Below, piece after piece: positions 13,301 through 27,900 of a stretch of DNA of 64,000 bases (position 1 is its first letter; each line of letters starts with the position of its first letter). A program made the translations under genes and the position numbers. Below the pieces are notes generated by a model, which worked only from the letters and a program-made list of their open reading frames with translations, ran no database searches and was not told where the DNA came from. Source of the DNA: the human T2T-CHM13v2.0 reference genome, Homo sapiens; NCBI RefSeq assembly GCF_009914755.1, contig NC_060925.1; one strand, written 5' to 3'.

Positions 13301-16300
13301 CGAATGGAATCATCATCAGATGGAAATGAATGGAATCGTCATAGAATGGAATCGAATGGATTCATTGAATGGAATCAGATGGAATCATCGAATGGACTGG
13401 AATGGAATCATTGAATGGACTCGAAAGGGATCATTATTGAATGGAATTGAATGGAATCATCGAATGGTCTCGATTGGAATCATTACCAAATGGAATCGAA
13501 TGGAATCACCGAATAGAATCGAATGGAACAATCATCGAATGGACTCAAATGGAATTATCCTCAAATGGAATCGAATGGAATTATCGAATGCAATCGAATG
13601 GAATTATCGAATGCAATCGAATAGAATCATCGAATGGACTCGAATGGAATCATCGAATGGAATGGAATGGAACAGTCAATGAACTCGAATGGAATCATCA
13701 TTGAATGGAATCATCGAGTGGAATCGAATGGAATTATGATCAAATGGAATCGAATGTAATCATCATCAAATGGAATCAAAAATAACCATCATCAATTGGT
13801 ATTGAATGGAATTGTCATCAAATGGAATTCAAAGGAATCATCATCAAATGGAACCGAATGGAATCCTCATTGAATGGAAATGAAAGGGGTCATCATCTAA
13901 TGGAATCGCATGGAATCATCATCAAATGGAATCGAATGGAATCATCATCAAATGGAATCTAATGGAATCATTGAACAGAATTGAATGGAATCGTCATCGA
14001 ATGAATTGAATGCAATCATCGAATGGTCTCGAATGGAATCATCTTCTAATGGAAAGGAATGGAATCATCGCATAGAATCGAATGGAATTATCATCGAATG
14101 GAATCGAATGGTATCAACACCAAACGGAAAAAAACGGAATTATCGAATGGAATCGAAGAGAATCTTCGAACGGACCCGAATGGAATCATCTAATGGAATG
14201 GAATGGAATAATCCATGGACTCGAATGCAATCATCATCGAATGGAATGGAATGGAATCATCGAATGGACTCAAATGGAATAATCATTGAACGGAATCGAA
14301 TGGAATCATCATCGGATGGAAACGAATGGAATCGTCATCGAATGGAAATGAAAGGAGTCATCATCTAATGGAATTGCATGGAATCATCATAAAATGGAAT
14401 CGAATGGAATCAACATCAAATGGAATCAAATGGAATCATTGAACGGAATTGAATGGAATCGTCATCGAATGAATTGACTGCAATCATCGAATGTTCTCGA
14501 ATGGAATCATCTTCAAATGGAATGGAATGGAATCATCGCATAGAATCGAATGGAATTATCATCGAATGGAATCGAATGGAATCAACATCAAACGGAGAAA
14601 AACGCAATTATCGAATGGAATCGAAGAGAATCATCGAATGGACCCGAATGGAATCATCTAATGGAATGGAATGGAATAATCCATGGACTCGAATGCAATC
14701 ATCATCGAATGGAATCGAATGGAATCATCGAATGGACTCGAATGGAATAATCATTGAACGGAATCGAATGGAATCATCATCGGATGGAAATGAATGGAAT
14801 CATCATCGAATGGAATCGAATAGAATTATGGAATGAAATCCAGTGTGATCATCATCGAATGGACCCGAATGGAATCATCATCCAACGGAAGCTAATGGAA
14901 TCAACATCGAATGAATCGAATGGAAACACCATCGAATTGAAACGAATGGAATTATCATGAAATTGAAATGGATGGACTCATCATCGAATGGATTCGAATG
15001 GAATCATCGAATAAAATTGATTGAAATCATCATCGAATGGAATCGAATGGTATCATTGAATGGAATCGAATGGAATCATCATCAGATGGAAATGAATGGA
15101 ATCGTCATAGAATGGAATCGAATGGATTCATTGAATGGAATCAGATGGAATCATCGAATGGACTGGAATGGAATCATTGAATGGACTCGAAAGGGATCAT
15201 GATTGAATGGAATTGAATGGAATCATCGAATGGTCTCGATTGGAATCATTATCAAATGGAATCGAATGGAATCACCGAATAGAATCGAATGGAACAATCA
15301 TCGAATGGACTCAAATGGAATTATCCTCAAATGGAATCGAATGGAATTATCGAATGCAATCGAATGGAATTATCGAATGCAATCGAATAGAATCATCGAA
15401 AGGACTCGAATGGAATCATCGAATGGAATGGAATGGAACAGTCAATGAACTCGAATGGAATCATCATTGAATGGAATCGAATGGAATCATCGAGTGGAAT
15501 CGAATGGAATTATGATCAAATGGAATCGAATGTAATCATCATCAAATGGAATCAAAAATAACCATCATCAATTGGTATTGAATGGAATTGTCATCAAATG
15601 GAATTCAAAGGAATCATCATCAAATGGAACCGAATGGAATCCTCATTGAATGGAAATGAAAGGGGTCATCATCTAATGGAATCGCATGGAATCATCATCA
15701 AATGGAATCGAATGGAATCATCATCAAATGGAATCTAATGGAATCATTGAACAGAATTGAATGGAATCGTCATCGAATGAATTGAATGCAATCATCGAAT
15801 GGTCTCGAATGGAATCATCTTCTAATGGAAAGGAATGGAATCATCGCATAGAATCGAATGGAATTATCATCGAATGGAATCGAATGGTATCAACACCAAA
15901 CGGAAAAAAACGGAATTATCGAATGGAATCGAAGAGAATCTTCGAACGGACCCGAATGGAATCATCTAATGGAATGGAATGGAATAATCCATGGACTCGA
16001 ATGCAATCATCATCGAATGGAATGGAATGGAATCATCGAATGGACTCGAATGGAATAATCATTGAACGGAATCGAATGGAATCATCATCGGATGGAAACG
16101 AATGGAATCATCATCGAATGGAAATGAAAGGAGTCATCATCTAATGGAATTGCATGGAATCATCATAAAATGGAATCGAATGGAATCAACATCAAATGGA
16201 ATCAAATGGAATCATTGAACGGAATTGAATGGAATCGTCATCGAATGAATTGACTGCAATCATCGAATGTTCTCGAATGGAATCATCTTCAAATGGAATG

Positions 16301-17536
16301 GAATGGAATCATCGCATAGAATCGAATGGAATTATCATCGAATGGAATCGAATGGAATCAACATCAAACGGAAAAAAACGGAATTATCGTATGGAATCGA
16401 AGAGAATCATCGAATGGACCCGAATGGAATCATCTAATGGAATGGAATGGAATAATCCATGGACTCGAATGCAATCATCATCGAATGAAATCGAATGGAA
16501 TCATCGAATGGACTCGAATGGAATAATCATTGAACGGAATCGAATGGAATCATCATCGGATGGAAATGAATGGAATCATCATCGAATGGAATCGAATAGA
16601 ATTATGGAATGAAATCCAGTGTGATCATCATCGAATGGACCCGAATGGAATCATCATCCAACGGAAGCTAATGGAATCAACATCGAATGAATCAAATGGA
16701 AACACCATCGAATTGAAACGAATGGAATTATCATGAAATTGAAATGGATGGACTCATCATCGAATGGATTCGAATGGAATCATCGAATAAAATTGATTGA
16801 AATCATCATCGAATGGAATCGAATGGTATCATTGAATGGAATCGAATGGAATCATCATCAGATGGAAATGAATGGAATCGTCATAGAATGGAATCGAATG
16901 GATTCATTGAATGGAATCAGATGGAATCATCGAATGGACTGGAATGGAATCATTGAATGGACTCGAAAGGGATCATGATTGAATGGAATTGAATGGAATC
17001 ATGGAATGGTCTCGATTGGAATCATTATCAAATGGAATCGAATGGAATCACCGAATAGAATCGAATGGAACAATCATCGAATGGACTCAAATGGAATTAT
17101 CCTCAAATGGAATCGAATGGAATTATCGAATGCAATCGAATGGAATTATCGAATGCAATCGAATAGAATCATCGAAAGGACTCGAATGGAATCATCGAAT
17201 GGAATGGAATGGAACAGTCAATGAACTCGAATGGAATCATCATTGAATGGAATCGAATGGAATCATCGAGTGGAATCGAATGGAATTATGATCAAATGGA
17301 ATCGAATGTAATCATCATCAAATGGAATCAAAAATAACCATCATCAATTGGTATTGAATGGAATTGTCATCAAATGGAATTCAAAGGAATCATCATCAAA
17401 TGGAACCGAATGGAATCCTCATTGAATGGAAATGAAAGGGGTCATCATCTAATGGAAACGCATGGAATCATCATCAAATGGAATCGAATGGAATCATCAT
17501 CAAATGGAATCTAATGGAATCATTGAACAGAATTGA

Positions 17537-18867
17537 ATGGAATCGTCATCGAATGAATTGAATGCAATCATCGAATGGTCTCGAATGGAATCATCTTCTA
17601 ATGGAAAGGAATGGAATCATCGCATAGAATCGAATGGAATTATAATCGAATGGAATCGAATGGTATCAACACCAAACGGAAAAAAACGGAATTATCGAAT
17701 GGAATCGAAGAGAATCTTCGAACGGACCCGAATGGAATCATCTAATGGAATGGAATGGAATAATCCATGGACTCGAATGCAATCACCATCGAATGGAATC
17801 GAATGGAATCATCGAATGGACTCGAATGGAATAATCATTGAACGGAATCGAATGGAATCATCATCGGATGGAAATGAATGGAATCATCATCGAATGGAAT
17901 CGAATAGAATTATGGAATGAAATCCAGTGTGATCATCATCGAATGGACCCGAATGGAATCATCATCCTACGGAAGCTAATGGAATCAACATCGAATGAAT
18001 CGAATGGAAACACCATCGAATTGAAACGAATGGAATTATCATGAAATTGAAATGGATGGACTCATCATCGAATGGATTCGAATGGAATCATCGAATAAAA
18101 TTGATTGAAATCATCATCAAATGGAATCGAATGGTATCATTGAATGGAATCGAATGGAATCATCATCAGATGGAAATGAATGGAATCGTCATAGAATGGA
18201 ATCGAATGGATTCATTGAATGGAATCAGATGGAATCATCGAATGGACTGGAATGGAATCATTGAATGGACTCGAAAGGCATCATTATTGAATGGAATTGA
18301 ATGGAATCATCGAATGGTCTCGATTGGAATCATTACCAAATGGAATCGAATGGAATCACCGAATAGAATCGAATGGAACAATCATCGAATGGACTCAAAT
18401 GGAATTATCCTCCAATGGAATCGAATGGAATTATCGAATGCAATCGAATGGAATTATCGAATGCAATCGAATGGAATTATCGAATGCAATCGAATAGAAT
18501 CATCGAATGGACTCGAATGGAATCATCGAATGGAATGGAATGGAACAGTCAATGAACTCGAATGGAATCATCATTGAATGGAATCGAATGGAATCATCGA
18601 GTGGAATCGAATGGAATTATGATCAAATGGAATCTAATGGAATCATCATCAAATGGAATCAAAAATAACCATCATCAATTGGTATTGAATGGAATTGTCA
18701 TCAAATGGAATTCAAAGGAATCATCATCAAATGGAACCGAATGGAATCCTCATTGAATGGAAATGAAAGGGGTCATCATCTAATGGAATCGCATGGAATC
18801 ATCATCAAATGGAATCGAATGGAATCATCATCAAATGGAATCTAATGGAATCATTGAACAGAATTGA
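17537..18867 (+). repeat. 1331-bp variant unit (B/A hybrid 468 block plus 23-bp triplication), copy 1
   Basis: The block begins B-type (ELNAII, MVSTP, RIFER) but ends A-type (MESNRIME). gaatggaattatcgaatgcaatc occurs three times at 18423-18491. Confidence 0.9.
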
Positions 18868-20643
18868 ATGGAATCATCATCGAATGAATTGAATGCAATC
18901 ATCGAATGGTCTCGAATGGAATCATCTTCTAATGGAAAGCAATGGAATCATCGCATAGAATCGAATGGAATTATCATCGAATGGAATCGAATGGTATCAA
19001 CACCAAACGGAAAAAAACGGAATTATCGAATGGAATCGAAGAGAATCTTCGAACGGACCCGAATGGAATCATCTAATGGAATGGAATGGAATAATCCATG
19101 GACTCGAATGCAATCATCATCGAATGGAATCGAATGGAGTCATCGAATGGACTCGAATGGAATAATCATTGAACGGAATCGAATGGAATCATCATCGGAT
19201 GGAAACGAATGGAATCATCATCGAATGGAAATGAAAGGAGTCATCATCTAATGGAATTGCATGGAATCATCATAAAATGGAATCGAATGGAATCAACATC
19301 AAATGGAATCAAATGGAATCATTGAACGGAATTGAATGGAATCGTCATCGAATGAATTGACTGCAATCATCGAATGGTCTCGAATGGAATCATCTTCAAA
19401 TGGAATGGAATGGAATCATCGAATAGAATCGAATGGAATTATCATCGAATGGAATCGAATGGAATCAACATCAAACGGAAAAAAACAGAATTATCGTATG
19501 GAATCTAAGAGAATCATCGAATGGACCCGAATGGAATCATCTAATGGAATGGAATGGAATAATCCATGGACTCGAATGCAATCATCATCGAATGGAATCG
19601 AATGGAATCATCGAATGGACTCGAATGGAATAATCATTGAACGGAATCGAATGGAATCATCATCGGATGGAAATGAATGGAATCATCATCGAATGGAATC
19701 GAATAGAATTATGGAATGAAATCCAGTGTGATCATCATCGAATGGACCCGAATGGAATCATCATCCAACGGAAGCTAATGGAATCAACATCGAATGAATC
19801 GAATGGAAACACCATCGAATTGAAACGAATGGAATTATCATGAAATTGAAATGGATGGACACATCATCGAATGGATTCGAATGGAATCATCGAATAAAAT
19901 TGATTGAAATCATCATCAAATGGAATCGAATGGTATCATTGAATGGAATCGAATGGAATCATCATCAGATGGAAATGAATGGAATCGTCATAGAATGGAA
20001 TCGAATGGATTCATTGAATGGAATCAGATGGAATCATCGAATGGACTGGAATGGAATCATTGAATGGACTCGAAAGGGATCATGATTGAATGGAATTGAA
20101 TGGAATCATGGAATGGTCTCGATTGGAATCATTATCAAATGGAATCGAATGGAATCACCGAATAGAATCGAATGGAACAATCATCGAATGGACTCAAATG
20201 GAATTATCCTCAAATGGAATCGAATGGAATTATCGAATGCAATCGAATGGAATTATCGAATGCAATCGAATAGAATCATCGAATGGACTCGAATGGAATC
20301 ATCGAATGGAATGGAATGGAACAGTCAATGAACTCGAATGGAATCATCATTGAATGGAATCGAATGGAATCATCGAGTGGAATCGAATGGAATTATGATC
20401 AAATGGAATCGAATGTAATCATCATCAAATGGAATCAAAAATAACCATCATCAATTGGTATTGAATGGAATTGTCATCAAATGGAATTCAAAGGAATCAT
20501 CATCAAATGGAACCGAATGGAATCCTCATTGAATGGAAATGAAAGGGGTCATCATCTAATGGAATCGCATGGAATCATCATCAAATGGAATCGAATGGAA
20601 TCATCATCAAATGGAATCTAATGGAATCATTGAACAGAATTGA

Positions 20644-21974
20644 ATGGAATCGTCATCGAATGAATTGAATGCAATCATCGAATGGTCTCGAATGGAATCA
20701 TCTTCTAATGGAAAGGAATGGAATCATCGCATAGAATCGAATGGAATTATAATCGAATGGAATCGAATGGTATCAACACCAAACGGAAAAAAACGGAATT
20801 ATCAAATGGAATCGAAGAGAATCTTCGAACGGACCCGAATGGAATCATCTAATGGAATGGAATGGAATAATCCATGGACTCGAATGCAATCACCATCGAA
20901 TGGAATCGAATGGAATCATCGAATGGACTCGAATGGAATAATCATTGAACGGAATCGAATGGAATCATCATCGGATGGAAATGAATGGAATCATCATCGA
21001 ATGGAATCGAATAGAATTATGGAATGAAATCCAGTGTGATCATCATCGAATGGACCCGAATGGAATCATCATCCTACGGAAGCTAATGGAATCAACATCG
21101 AATGAATCGAATGGAAACACCATCGAATTGAAACGAATGGAATTATCATGAAATTGAAATGGATGGACTCATCATCGAATGGATTCGAATGGAATCATCG
21201 AATAAAATTGATTGAAATCATCATCAAATGGAATCGAATGGTATCATTGAATGGAATCGAATGGAATCATCATCAGATGGAAATGAATGGAATCGTCATA
21301 GAATGGAATCGAATGGATTCATTGAATGGAATCAGATGGAATCATCGAATGGACTGGAATGGAATCATTGAATGGACTCGAAAGGCATCATTATTGAATG
21401 GAATTGAATGGAATCATCGAATGGTCTCGATTGGAATCATTACCAAATGGAATCGAATGGAATCACCGAATAGAATCGAATGGAACAATCATCGAATGGA
21501 CTCAAATGGAATTATCCTCCAATGGAATCGAATGGAATTATCGAATGCAATCGAATGGAATTATCGAATGCAATCGAATGGAATTATCGAATGCAATCGA
21601 ATAGAATCATCGAATGGACTCGAATGGAATCATCGAATGGAATGGAATGGAACAGTCAATGAACTCGAATGGAATCATCATTGAATGGAATCGAATGGAA
21701 TCATCGAGTGGAATCGAATGGAATTATGATCAAATGGAATCTAATGGAATCATCATCAAATGGAATCAAAAATAACCATCATCAATTGGTATTGAATGGA
21801 ATTGTCATCAAATGGAATTCAAAGGAATCATCATCAAATGGAACCGAATGGAATCCTCATTGAATGGAAATGAAAGGGGTCATCATCTAATGGAATCGCA
21901 TGGAATCATCATCAAATGGAATCGAATGGAATCATCATCAAATGGAATCTAATGGAATCATTGAACAGAATTGA
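20644..21974 (+). repeat. 1331-bp variant unit, copy 2
   Basis: Same hybrid block and markers (tataatc, caccatc, atcctac, aaggcatc). 23-mer occurs three times at 21530-21598. Confidence 0.9.
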
Positions 21975-24900
21975 ATGGAATCATCATCGAATGAATTGAA
22001 TGCAATCATCGAATGGTCTCGAATGGAATCATCTTCTAATGGAAAGCAATGGAATCATCGCATAGAATCGAATGGAATTATCATCGAATGGAATCGAATG
22101 GTATCAACACCAAACGGAAAAAAACGGAATTATCGAATGGAATCGAAGAGAATCTTCGAACGGACCCGAATGGAATCATCTAATGGAATGGAATGGAATA
22201 ATCCATGGACTCGAATGCAATCATCATCGAATGGAATCGAATGGAGTCATCGAATGGACTCGAATGGAATAATCATTGAACGGAATCGAATGGAATCATC
22301 ATCGGATGGAAACGAATGGAATCATCATCGAATGGAAATGAAAGGAGTCATCATCTAATGGAATTGCATGGAATCATCATAAAATGGAATCGAATGGAAT
22401 CAACATCAAATGGAATCAAATGGAATCATTGAACGGAATTGAATGGAATCGTCATCGAATGAATTGACTGCAATCATCGAATGGTCTCGAATGGAATCAT
22501 CTTCAAATGGAATGGAATGGAATCATCGAATAGAATCGAATGGAATTATCATCGAATGGAATCGAATGGAATCAACATCAAACGGAAAAAAACAGAATTA
22601 TCGTATGGAATCTAAGAGAATCATCGAATGGACCCGAATGGAATCATCTAATGGAATGGAATGGAATAATCCATGGACTCGAATGCAATCATCATCGAAT
22701 GGAATCGAATGGAATCATCGAATGGACTCGAATGGAATAATCATTGAACGGAATCGAATGGAATCATCATCGGATGGAAATGAATGGAATCATCATCGAA
22801 TGGAATCGAATAGAATTATGGAATGAAATCCAGTGTGATCATCATCGAATGGACCCGAATGGAATCATCATCCAACGGAAGCTAATGGAATCAACATCGA
22901 ATGAATCGAATGGAAACACCATCGAATTGAAACGAATGGAATTATCATGAAATTGAAATGGATGGACACATCATCGAATGGATTCGAATGGAATCATCGA
23001 ATAAAATTGATTGAAATCATCATCAAATGGAATCGAATGGTATCATTGAATGGAATCGAATGGAATCATCATCAGATGGAAATGAATGGAATCGTCATAG
23101 AATGGAATCGAATGGATTCATTGAATGGAATCAGATGGAATCATCGAATGGACTGGAATGGAATCATTGAATGGACTCGAAAGGGATCATTATTGAATGG
23201 AATTGAATGGAATCATCGAATGGTCTCGATTGGAATCATTATCAAATGGAATCGAATGGAATCACCGAATAGAATCGAATGGAACAATCATCGAATGGAC
23301 TCAAATGGAATTATCCTCAAATGGAATCGAATGGAATTATCGAATGCAATCGAATGGAATTATCGAATGCAATCGAATAGAATCATCGAATGGACTCGAA
23401 TGGAATCATCGAATGGAATGGAATGGAACAGTCAATGAACTCGAATGGAATCATCATTGAATGGAATCGAATGGAATCATCGAGTGGAATCGAATGGAAT
23501 TATGATCAAATGGAATCGAATGTAATCATCATCAAATGGAATCAAAAATAACCATCATCAATTGGTATTGAATGGAATTGTCATCAAATGGAATTCAAAG
23601 GAATCATCATCAAATGGAACCGAATGGAATCCTCATTGAATGGAAATGAAAGGGGTCATCATCTAATGGAATCGCATGGAATCATCATCAAATGGAATCG
23701 AATGGAATCATCATCAAATGGAATCTAATGGAATCATTGAACAGAATTGAATGGAATCGTCATCGAATGAATTGAATGCAATCATCGAATGGTCTCGAAT
23801 GGAATCATCTTCTAATGGAAAGGAATGGAATCATCGCATAGAATCGAATGGAATTATCATCGAATGGAATCGAATGGTATCAACACCAAACGGAAAAAAA
23901 CGGAATTATCGAATGGAATCGAAGAGAATCTTCGAACGGACCCGAATGGAATCATCTAATGGAATGGAATGGAATAATCCATGGACTCGAATGCAATCAT
24001 CATCGAATGGAATCGAATGGAATCATCGAATGGACTCGAATGGAATAATCATTGAACGGAATCGAATGGAATCATCATCGGATGGAAATGAATGGAATCA
24101 TCATCGAAGGGAAATGAAAGGAGTCATCATCTAATGGAATTGCATGGAATCATCATAAAATGGAATCGAATGGAATCAACATCAAATGGAATCAAATGGA
24201 ATCATTGAACGGAATTGAATGGAATCGTCATCGAATGAATTGACTGCAATCATCGAATGGTCTCGAATGGAATCATCTTCAAATGGAATGGAATGGAATC
24301 ATCGCATAGAATCGAATGGAATTATCATCGAATGGAATCGAATGGAATCAACATCAAACGGAAAAAAACGGAATTATCGAATGGAATCGAAGAGAATCAT
24401 CGAATGGACCCGAATGGAATCATCTAATGGAATGGAATGGAATAATCCATGGACTCGAATGCAATCATCATCGAATGGAATCGAATGGAATCATCGAATG
24501 GACTCGAATGGAATAATCATTGAACGGAATCGAATGGAATCATCATCGGATGGAAATGAATGGAATCATCATCGAATGGAATCGAATAGAATTATGGAAT
24601 GAAATCCAGTGTGATCATCATCGAATGGACCCGAATGGAATCATCATCCAACGGAAGCTAATGGAATCAACATCGAATGAATCGAATGGAAACACCATCG
24701 AATTGAAACGAATGGAATTATCATGAAATTGAAATGGATGGACTCATCATCGAATGGATTCGAATGGAATCATCGAATAAAATTGATTGAAATCATCATC
24801 GAATGGAATCGAATGGTATCATTGAATGGAATCGAATGGAATCATCATCAGATGGAAATGAATGGAATCGTCATAGAATGGAATCGAATGGATTCATTGA

Positions 24901-27900
24901 ATGGAATCAGATGGAATCATCGAATGGACTGGAATGGAATCATTGAATGGACTCGAAAGGGATCATTATTGAATGGAATTGAATGGAATCATCGAATGGT
25001 CTCGATTGGAATCATTACCAAATGGAATCGAATGGAATCACCGAATAGAATCGAATGGAACAATCATCGAATGGACTCAAATGGAATTATCCTCAAATGG
25101 AATCGAATGGAATTATCGAATGCAATCGAATGGAATTATCGAATGCAATCGAATAGAATCATCGAAAGGACTCGAATGGAATCATCGAATGGAATGGAAT
25201 GGAACAGTCAATGAACTCGAATGGAATCATCATTGAATGGAATCGAATGGAATCATCGAGTGGAATCGAATGGAATTATGATCAAATGGAATCGAATGTA
25301 ATCCTCATCAAATGGAATCAAAAATAACCATCATCAATTGGTATTGAATGGAATTGTCATCAAATGGAATTCAAAGGAATCATCATCAAATGGAACCGAA
25401 TGGAATCCTCATTGAATGGAAATGAAAGGGGTCATCATCTAATGGAATCGCATGGAATCATCATCAAATGGAATCGAATGGAATCATCATCAAATGGAAT
25501 CTAATGGAATCATTGAACAGAATTGAATGGAATCGTCATCGAATGAATTGAATGCAATCATCGAATGGTCTCGAATGGAATCATCTTCTAATGGAAAGGA
25601 ATGGAATCATCGCATAGAATCGAATGGAATTATCATCGAATGGAATCGAATGGTATCAACACCAAACGGAAAAAAACGGAATTATCGAATGGAATCGAAG
25701 AGAATCTTCGAACGGACCCGAATGGAATCATCTAATGGAATGGAATGGAATAATCCATGGACTCGAATGCAATCATCATCGAATGGAATCGAATGGAGTC
25801 ATCGAATGGACTCGAATGGAATAATCATTGAACGGAATCGAATGGAATCATCATCGGATGGAAACGAATGGAATCATCATCGAATGGAAATGAAAGGAGT
25901 CATCATCTAATGGAATTGCATGGAATCATCATAAAATGGAATCGAATGGAATCAACATCAAATGGAATCAAATGGAATCATTGAACGGAATTGAATGGAA
26001 TCGTCATCGAATGAATTGACTGCAATCATCGAATGGTCTCGAATGGAATCATCTTCAAATGGAATGGAATGGAATCATCGCATAGAATCGAATGGAATTA
26101 TCATCGAATGGAATCGAATGGAATCAACATCAAACGGAAAAAAACAGAATTATCGTATGGAATCTAAGAGAATCATCGAATGGACCCGAATGGAATCATC
26201 TAATGGAATGGAATGGAATAATCCATGGACTCGAATGCAATCATCATCGAATGGAATCGAATGGAATCATCGAATGGACTCGAATGGAATAATCATTGAA
26301 CGGAATCGAATGGAATCATCATCGGATGGAAATGAATGGAATCATCATCGAATGGAATCGAATAGAATTATGGAATGAAATCCAGTGTGATCATCATCGA
26401 ATGGACCCGAATGGAATCATCATCCAACGGAAGCTAATGGAATCAACATCGAATGAATCGAATGGAAACACCATCGAATTGAAACGAATGGAATTATCAT
26501 GAAATTGAAATGGATGGACACATCATCGAATGAATTCGAATGGAATCATCGAATAAAATTGATTGAAATCATCATCAAATGGAATCGAATGGTATCATTG
26601 AATGGAATCGAATGGAATCATCATCAGATGGAAATGAATGGAATCGTCATAGAATGGAATCGAATGGATTCATTGAATGGAATCAGATGGAATCATCGAA
26701 TGGACTGGAATGGAATCATTGAATGGACTCGAAAGGGATCATTATTGAATGGAATTGAATGGAATCATCGAATGGTCTCGATTGGAATCATTATCAAATG
26801 GAATCGAATGGAATCACCGAATAGAATCGAATGGAACAATCATCGAATGGACTCAAATGGAATTATCCTCAAATGGAATCGAATGGAATTATCGAATGCA
26901 ATCGAATGGAATTATCGAATGCAATCGAATAGAATCATCGAATGGACTCGAATGGAATCATCGAATGGAATGGAATGGAACAGTCAATGAACTCGAATGG
27001 AATCATCATTGAATGGAATCGAATGGAATCATCGAGTGGAATCGAATGGAATTATGATCAAATGGAATCGAATGTAATCATCATCAAATGGAATCAAAAA
27101 TAACCATCATCAATTGGTATTGAATGGAATTGTCATCAAATGGAATTCAAAGGAATCATCATCAAATGGAACCGAATGGAATCCTCATTGAATGGAAATG
27201 AAAGGGGTCATCATCTAATGGAATCGCATGGAATCATCATCAAATGGAATCGAATGGAATCATCATCAAATGGAATCTAATGGAATCATTGAACAGAATT
27301 GAATGGAATCGTCATCGAATGAATTGAATGCAATCATCGAATGGTCTCGAATGGAATCATCTTCTAATGGAAAGGAATGGAATCATCGCATAGAATCGAA
27401 TGGAATTATCATCGAATGGAATCGAATGGTATCAACACCAAACGGAAAAAAACGGAATTATCGAATGGAATCGAAGAGAATCTTCGAACGGACCCGAATG
27501 GAATCATCTAATGGAATGGAATGGAATAATCCATGGACTCGAATGCAATCATCATCGAATGGAATCGAATGGAATCATCGAATGGACTCGAATGGAATAA
27601 TCATTGAACGGAATCGAATGGAATCATCATCGGATGGAAATGAATGGAATCATCATCGAAGGGAAATGAAAGGAGTCATCATCTAATGGAATTGCATGGA
27701 ATCATCATAAAATGGAATCGAATGGAATCAACATCAAATGGAATCAAATGGAATCATTGAACGGAATTGAATGGAATCGTCATCGAATGAATTGACTGCA
27801 ATCATCGAATGGTCTCGAATGGAATCATCTTCAAATGGAATGGAATGGAATCATCGCATAGAATCGAATGGAATTATCATCGAATGGAATCGAATGGAAT

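Noticed and set aside
26532-26537. Extra EcoRI site (tgaattcg)
   Set aside because: It is a single G>A substitution in one unit with no structural meaning beyond being a marker.
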